A DNA stretch of 62,712 bases, counting the filler, from Choristocarpus tenellus KU-1152 (Eukaryota > Protista > Phaeophyceae), in NCBI GenBank assembly GCA_964200185.2. It is 7 parts of 7 records of this genome, joined end to end, with 100 filler letters (N's around TTAATTAATTAA, not from the genome) between each part and the next. Parts side by side here need not be neighbours in the genome. Positions count along the whole stretch, not along the records: positions 49,807 to 58,507 come from CAXNAD020004431.1; positions 58,608 to 62,712 come from CAXNAD020016185.1; 5 more parts are not named here. One strand, given 5' to 3'. The notes below the pieces were generated by a model. It saw only the letters and a program-made list of their open reading frames with translations. It made no database searches and was not told where the DNA came from. The position numbers and the translations under genes were made by a program. Below are positions 55,901 to 62,712 of this stretch, one piece after another. Position 1 is the first letter of the stretch; the number at the start of each line of letters is the position of its first letter.

Positions 55901-58350
55901 CAACGACCTTAAGACGGCACTACGGGGGCGTTGCCTTTAGTAACAGTTTCTTGGGTGTCAGACAATCTTCTCTTGATGCTCCACTCAGTGCTTAGCTCAA
56001 AGGTTGACTTAATGTTCGCTCAAGATATAAAGACTATTAAAGAGGGGTAAAGGATGGTCTATTCAAAAGCCCTTCTCATATATTCATCATTCACCCGATC
56101 TCTTCAGATTATAAGTCAAAAGACATCTGCAAGCTGTTGTGTACGTACTCAAATCACAATACTTTTCTGGAACTCCTAGGGATTAACGTCTATCCTGTGT
56201 GGGCATATATGCGTTTCAAATCTTACTCCGCGTCTCTTCTTATCGATTCCACATTCCTCTTGTATGAATTCTTACATATGTATACTGTTCGCGAATGTTG
56301 GCACGCGAAAAGAAATGCTCACGCTATTCGTCTGTAACACTACTAGGAGACCATTTAACGCTGTCCGTAGTAATTTCTTAAGGACTTTTTGAGAATCTCG
56401 AACAAAGATTCTGACTAATACCTTGCCCAATGTGTACACCTACACAGCTACATACACGAACCTTTTCTACACTATGACATAGCACTATGAAGGCAAGGTG
56501 TAAATGAAGCATTGCATCGCTACTGTTTAGAAAGTCCCAGGAGTCAATAAGATTTTTTTTTTCATGGTGTGTCGATTATCAATATAGGCAATACAGTATT
56601 CCTATGCCCGTATCACATGATATTGCGTCAAGGGCGAAAGACAACTTTAAACTATGCAAACCTCCTCAAGGACAGTCGACACTCAAACGTCGAAATAGCC
56701 GGCACATGACATCTTTCCTGCAAAGAGTCAATTGGCATGAGAGAACGAATATATATATACTGTACTCGTGTGGAAGTACAGTATGACACTTGGACAATTA
56801 TTTCTACTGATATATTTTCTTCTCACTTCTTTGGACGGAGACTGTCATGATCGATGGTTGCACAAGTCGATTGTTACTACTTCTTCTCTCATACTATAAT
56901 GAAACTGCCTGTTGTTGCATTACGACCAACAGCTTGTATTGGCTCCGTTCCGTCTTGTTTTCGTGCATGTTGGGTTTAGCTATCCCACCTCCCCCACCTC
57001 AGATCTTCTTGGTGTTGGACTTACATCAGCATCGTATGGCATTCTTGGTTCGCCATTTCGGTGGTGCATATTCATAGCAACAAATAGATTGAAGAGGAGG
57101 TTGCAATCCATAGTATGATCGAACCAAGATCAACACTAGATGAACTCTAAGTCGATGGGGTCCTAATGGCAAAATCAACGTGGGGAACACCTGCATCAAT
57201 AGCCACTCGTAATTATTGTTTTATTTTGTTTATGTACCAGTTAGTATCATTGCCTAGGATGGGAGATGGGACCGTCATGTCCTGTCATGCCATGACACGT
57301 CATGCCATGACACGTCATGTCATGTTGTGCCATGTCAAACAAAGCAACAAGTACATCGTCAAGCAGAGTCAGCGAGGGGGCAACCAGTGCAGCAGTAGGT
57401 AAGGTCTGGTGCAGATACTTTAGGGTTACCAGAGCAAGTGGAGCCCTCTATCAAATGCTCACAAACGCGTAGCCTCAGCAGCAAAAGCCCTTCCGAGAAC
57501 CACGGGTCATGTAGGATGAATGGGCATTTATTTTTGCCAGATATTTTGGTAAATGGTACGTAGTTGGGGGTCGAGGAGTTTTCGGGGCTTGGACTTCCTT
57601 GTCCCTACATTATTGCAGAGGATCAAAGTCCAAGGTGCGCTGACCCAAGTCCCTGTGGACAACAACGTAACGGTAGACAATGTTCTGAGTATGTATATTA
57701 CAAACATGTGTTGATGCACCTAGTGTAGATAGGGTAGTGGGCTCAGCTCTCAAGTCTGTCAGTAGATGACGAGGCTTGATGACGGCACCATAATTAATAA
57801 TGATAAAAAATGCTGTATCTCTAACTTCGATCATTGACTTCTATGGTTTGATCGAAAATATATAACAGACAGACACATGGGGGGTATATGGGTGGTTTCA
57901 CAGGGATCAAATAATAACTATATAACTCAATAAATCCAGTATCTAAAAATAGAGGAAATAAAATTCTTGATGGCGTTTTTGAAACCGCGACTAAGACCCA
58001 TCACCTGTAAAATGTAGACGAACAGCAAATTATTGAATAATGTTTCTTGAAATGTGCTTCAAAAAATCTTTCATTGATCGTGTAGTGTGTCAGGAATACA
58101 CCAGGAATCCAAAAAGCACATCAAAACATCCCTGACAAGCACCTTTATGTAGATGTTTGCCCCCGTTTCTACATCGACTTGCATTCATACTACTGGGTTG
58201 AGCATCACGAGAAAACTAGGAAATAAGCAATACACCAAATGTATATCCCTAACAAATATATGTGGATCTTTCATGCCACCTACTCCTTGTACCTCTACCT
58301 CGTGTACTGAAGTACCGACGAGCAATTATTTAAAGAGTTAAAGTATCTTA

Positions 58351-58507
58351 AGCTCAAAGTATCTGGGGGGTGGGGGTGGCGGCTGTCCATTTGGGGTCAA
58401 TTTTTTCATGTCGCGATTTTTGTGTGATTGTGTGCATACGTCGGATGGATAATGAAAGTGCACTTTTCCTGGTTTTGGTCCAAATGGACACCCTGGTGTA
58501 GACCCCC
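58351..58507. mobile_element. MITE family A, truncated by gap
   Basis: Near-identical to 52730-52885. Confidence 0.85.
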
Positions 58508-58996
58508 NNNNNNNNNNNNNNNNNNNNNNNNNNNNNNNNNNNNNNNNNNNNTTAATTAATTAANNNNNNNNNNNNNNNNNNNNNNNNNNNNNNNNNNNNN
58601 NNNNNNNAACAGCAAAACGGCCCCTTCTTGACGGTCTATTAAGGTGATCCCCCCCCCCCCCCCCCCGAACCTATCTCAATCAGGAATACAGACCCGAGCA
58701 TTGCAAGCACATTGTCCCATACGCATTCCACGGAGAGAGGGAGCAATATGGGGTCACATCAGTGGTCGATTCAAGCACTGCAAAGTGTAAAGAGCACCCA
58801 TGGACCTGCTGACTGGTGAACACAACAACATGCCCATCCATCCTCCAGGCCTGACCCAGGGCACTATGTCTCCCCACACCATGTGACAGGCAATATTTTC
58901 GTTTGAGCTAAAGAGTGATGCAGAGAGACTCTGTTCATCCCTGTACATGGATGTGAAGCAAATGAATACAGAGGAGGCGGGGTTGATTAGACGTAC

Positions 58997-60381
58997 TGGA
59001 TTTTGTCGAAGATCCAAGTCGTGTCGTAGCTGGTGGTATAGTTCCTTATGGTGTCCAAAACGTATGACTTTTGAAGTCTGTTGACGACCTCTACCTTGTC
59101 TGGTGAGGGGAAAGAGGGCACGAGGGAAGGGGGCGATTGCTTCATTTGGCGTAAAAAAATGTACAGGAATATGAGTTAGGAACCAGAATTGCCCTACTGA
59201 GGCAGGATGTAACGGAGGGTGAAGGAGCGAGAGACTCAAAGAGGAGGCCTGCAAAATGAAGAATGTGTTGCCTGAAGAAAGCAATGCCAATTAGCCTCTA
59301 CTTAAGGGCGAACACTCTGAAGGACTCAGAATTTACTGACCGAATGATCCTTGCCTCTACACAATGTTTCCAATTCGATTACACTTACGAGGTGTTCCAA
59401 CATGCTTTTTTCCACATTTAATGAGTGACCATCTGGACAGAAAATGAGAATAAAAAGGTTATGCAAGGTATCCTTTATGTCGATTTTGCCAAAAAGAAGA
59501 ACTTATTTTTCTCTGCATCTATACTCGCCGAATTCAACCATGACGCCCCCGCTCGTGCCACAAGGAATGTTTCGAACCGCATCCGTTTGAACTGTCACCT
59601 GGACCTCAGCCATTGTCGTTAAAAACGGGACCTTCCACAGGAAACAAAAACAAGATAGGAGTGCGAGGAGAGTCAATAATCGTGACTTTGGAAAGGAACT
59701 ATCTGAGCAATGGACAGCTGCCACCGAACGATTGCCACACTTCTTGTCATGTTTCTTGTTTTAGAAGCATCGAGAAAGGGCCTTTTAGGGGGGACAGGGG
59801 ACAGGGTGCATTGTGCAAGAACCAGAATTATCTTACTGTAGCTCACTGGTAATAACACCATCATACCCTTGTGTTAATTCTATCGTGTCAACGTATACTA
59901 GTACCTAGGTGAGCATGACAGGATTGCTTATTGGTACCACGTGTAGGGTTGACCACCTAATGTTTTATCCGGGGGCATCTTGCGCACCTGTGTGTGGAAG
60001 CCTGGCTCTGTGACCGAGTTCATGAGGGCCCCGCCTCGATAATAGACACCAACATTACCTTCCCTTACTTCAGACAAGAGATATTGGAGAGTGGGTTGAG
60101 TGGGTGTGGATAAGAGGCGAAGGCATAGGATAAGCATAGGCATATATATATATATATATAAATAAATCGTTACAACCGCCTTAGTCCCCCCTCTGAATAA
60201 CCACAAACAGTCATTGCGCAGGGTGAGTTGACTTCAGGAAAGAGGAATTCATTTCAACGTCAATAGGTAGGTGTGTTGCCGACGACTATGGCGCGAAGGT
60301 CTCACCTTGGTGCAGCCCTGCCGGCAAAACAATTGCGTACATGACTACAGCTGAAATCCCGAGGAATTGTAATCGATTCAT
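58997..60381 (-). CDS. ERLIN: Erlin (SPFH/band-7 ER membrane protein), 5' part. Exons: 60306-60381, 59988-60067, 59529-59631, 58997-59099
   Basis: Spliced: [95 protein letters not shown]...[21 protein letters not shown]; GVYYRGGAL and PCGTSGGVM are erlin-1/2 signatures; phases consistent. Confidence 0.93.
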
Positions 60382-60699
60382 GTCAGATGGAGATAAGGAG
60401 AGCAAAGAGACTAGGGGAAAGGAGAGTGAAGGATACACAATTTGGTAGAGGAGAACATAAAAACTGCGAAGGCGTGTGTGTGCTTTATGTAGGTATGTAT
60501 ATATATATATATATTCACAACCAAACAGGACAAGATTGCTAGTCGAATATCTGGCGTAATATGGGAACCACCCACTCATCTGAAGGTCTAATCTGCCTTG
60601 AGAATCCGCCAGCGAGGTTTGTTTGAACCTAGAGAGCAGTGTGTTGCGGTTCTGACGTCCTCTCGAATTGCCGTACACAGTAGGCCTAGATTGCGACGT
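60382..60699. promoter_or_regulatory. Putative bidirectional promoter / 5' UTR region between erlin and LACS
   Basis: About 320 bp between divergent predicted start codons; contains a (TA)n tract. Confidence 0.45.
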
Positions 60700-61143
60700 A
60701 TGGACTTCAACAATAGCAAGAAAGGAAACATGAAGGATTTTCGTACTTTGCAATGCGCTAGGTGTGGTTGCTGAATTCCCTCTCTTATTACGCATGAATG
60801 ATACAGTGTCTAGTCATGGTTGACTCGTCAAATCCTCTACTCTCGTTTCTTGTCATGTGTTGAAATCTCCCCCAACTCCACTACTGGAACTCCCTTGCAG
60901 AAATGGGTCGGGACAGCCGTATTCCCTCGAAGTACCAAACACAGAAACGGAAAGCCATGGAGCGATACGTCGCTGTGCTCTTCCCGAATGCGAAAAAGGT
61001 CCTGTTCTCGCCCTGTACGGGGCATACACTGTTTACGAGAGTTTTCGTCGGGGTGTCTCCATGAATCCTGACGGTCCCTGCCTGGGCCGAAGGGAGGTGG
61101 ACTCTGCCGGAAACGCTACACCGTACGTTTTTGAAACGTACAG
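60700..61143 (+). CDS. LACS: Long-chain acyl-CoA synthetase, 5' exons (60700-60761 tentative; 60901-61143)
   Basis: YSLEVPNTETESHGAIRR...TVYESFRRGVSMNPDGPCLGRR...PYVFETY resembles LACS/ACSL N-termini; acceptor actcccttgcag and donor gtgcgt; the upstream exon joins in phase 2. Confidence 0.78.
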
Positions 61144-62712
61144 GTGCGTTCATATCCTGTATCTCACGATTTCTGAAGCAATGGTGTGCTACTAAGTCGA
61201 TTGAAATCGAGGGTGTTAGCCCACAAGTTCTGCAAGAACGTTTCTTGTTCGGTAAACCAGGCTTGACCACAATAACTACGTTTCTCTTGGAAGCTTTAGT
61301 CAACGTTATATAGCAGTCGTTCCCTTAGGAATTGGGTGTCCTCGTGCTGTTTGCCAAGGCTGGCGGATTCCTAACGGAATTTGAGGAGGGTCCTTGTTGA
61401 AGATCAAGCATTGCGTATCTGTTACATTGACCAACCAGTCCTGTTGCATTGCAAACCTCATCTCATTGCGATTTTGGTCAATGTCTCTCCGTTCCTATAC
61501 TCTGTGGCAGCTTATGTCTGTACATTGTGAACCTGTAAAGAATCTGATGCATCTACAGCCTCCATGTGTCATGGGACAATTACATGCTCAGTAGGACGAC
61601 AAATTACCCCTCAGCAGACCACGTACAGCAATGAAAGCCCATTTCGCAGAAAATATTATTCGACAGTGTGAATTGTCATTCCTCTCGTTTGCACTCCCGG
61701 TCCCCAAAACAACCGCTACCAATCCGGCCTCGTCACCTTGTAGACACCAGATTGCTGGTTTGGCAGACTACATGTCCTCCTCCAAGAGTGCCCATCCCCC
61801 TTGTCAATAGAAGAACGATTTTGCACGAACTTTCATGACCTTATTCAGCGCAATGACATCTTTGAACCTCTCCCCCCTACCCGGGAATGTTAAGGGAAGT
61901 GGAGGAGCGGATTCACCACTTTGCATGTGGCCTGGAGCATGAGGGCCTAACCCCACCCAACCCAGATGGTATGAAGCTGCTGGCATTGTACTCTAAGAAC
62001 CGACCAGAGTGGGTCATAGCTGAGCAGGTGAAGCTGCGTGTGCGTAAATAGCAGAGTATTATTTTGTTGTTGAGGGGCGTTGCCTGTACATCCTATCCTC
62101 TCCCCTGGTTGATTGTAACTCCGGTTTGTTGTATCTATGATTGATGTTTTCTCCTTTCCACTTAACTCTCGCTGGTCCTGCTCCGCCCGAAGTATCACAA
62201 TCACGCACCTCATGCACCTTGTGTTTAGGGTTGCTTGATGGGCCGCTTTGCGTCCTCTACAATGAGGCATGATGCTGCACCATGTCGCAAGTCAACCCCT
62301 TTTAATTGCGGAGGCGTTTTGCCTTGATGTGGTGGGTGGGCGAAGGAAACCACGTATTCTCCCTCCCATGGGGCAAAGGTTGAGGACGAGAAAAACGTCC
62401 TCTTCCCTTCCCCCCATTGAGTCATAGGTGGTGCTTTGCTGGAGTGTAATGGACAAAGCCCTCTTGCCTGTTCCTTCCCGGTGCTTTCTCCTCACCAGTT
62501 AATTGTTCTTTGGGATGGAGGTGGTAGAGTCAGTCGTATCCCACCCCCTTTTAAACCACTGGTATACATTCTCCATTGTATTTCATCGGTGAATGCCCCC
62601 TACCTTGTAGATTTTTTTTTTTGATGTGCTTTCAGGAGAATGAAAGCTTGGGGGGGGGGGGAGGTCAATTGCTAGTCAAGGTAGGGGGACAAGGTCAGGA
62701 GGTTGAAGCCAC

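Noticed and set aside
59425-59622. PTS2-like RIRLNCHL as a LACS first exon
   Set aside because: Spacing is one residue short and the segment is the antisense of erlin exon 3.
61947-62495. Tyrosine-recombinase remnant (VDLRHGAAS)
   Set aside because: One weak motif only; other catalytic residues not found.

Overview
Eukaryotic nuclear DNA, most likely a photosynthetic stramenopile of the brown-algal lineage or a close relative (inference from intron-rich genes, TTAGGG tracts, a probable plastid-targeted thioredoxin and the transposon content). The window is seven unrelated contigs joined by artificial 100-bp linkers (N44-TTAATTAATTAA-N44), so nothing is syntenic across gaps. Genes reconstructed by hand from exons: a divergent ER Hsp70/BiP ending in TDEL (12 exons, 5' end missing), a single-ORF WCRKC thioredoxin fused to a DnaJ-type zinc finger, DDX54/DBP10 helicase (5' part), intron-containing histone H2A.X (3' part), erlin and long-chain acyl-CoA synthetase head-to-head, and one orphan 3'-terminal exon. 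The rest is decayed mobile DNA: a Tc1/mariner element with both TIRs, two Copia remnants, hAT and CRE-like LINE fragments, three MITE families with related ends, a 33-bp minisatellite and short interstitial telomere tracts. Most unusual signals: a dispersed tRNA-Ile(GAT)-like family with G8/C14 in place of U8/A14 and one CCA-tailed 3' half; frequent AAG acceptors and GC donors; CpG-decay signatures; and recurrent 4-bp duplications that may be transposon excision footprints. I found no multi-gene system that can be called new with confidence.
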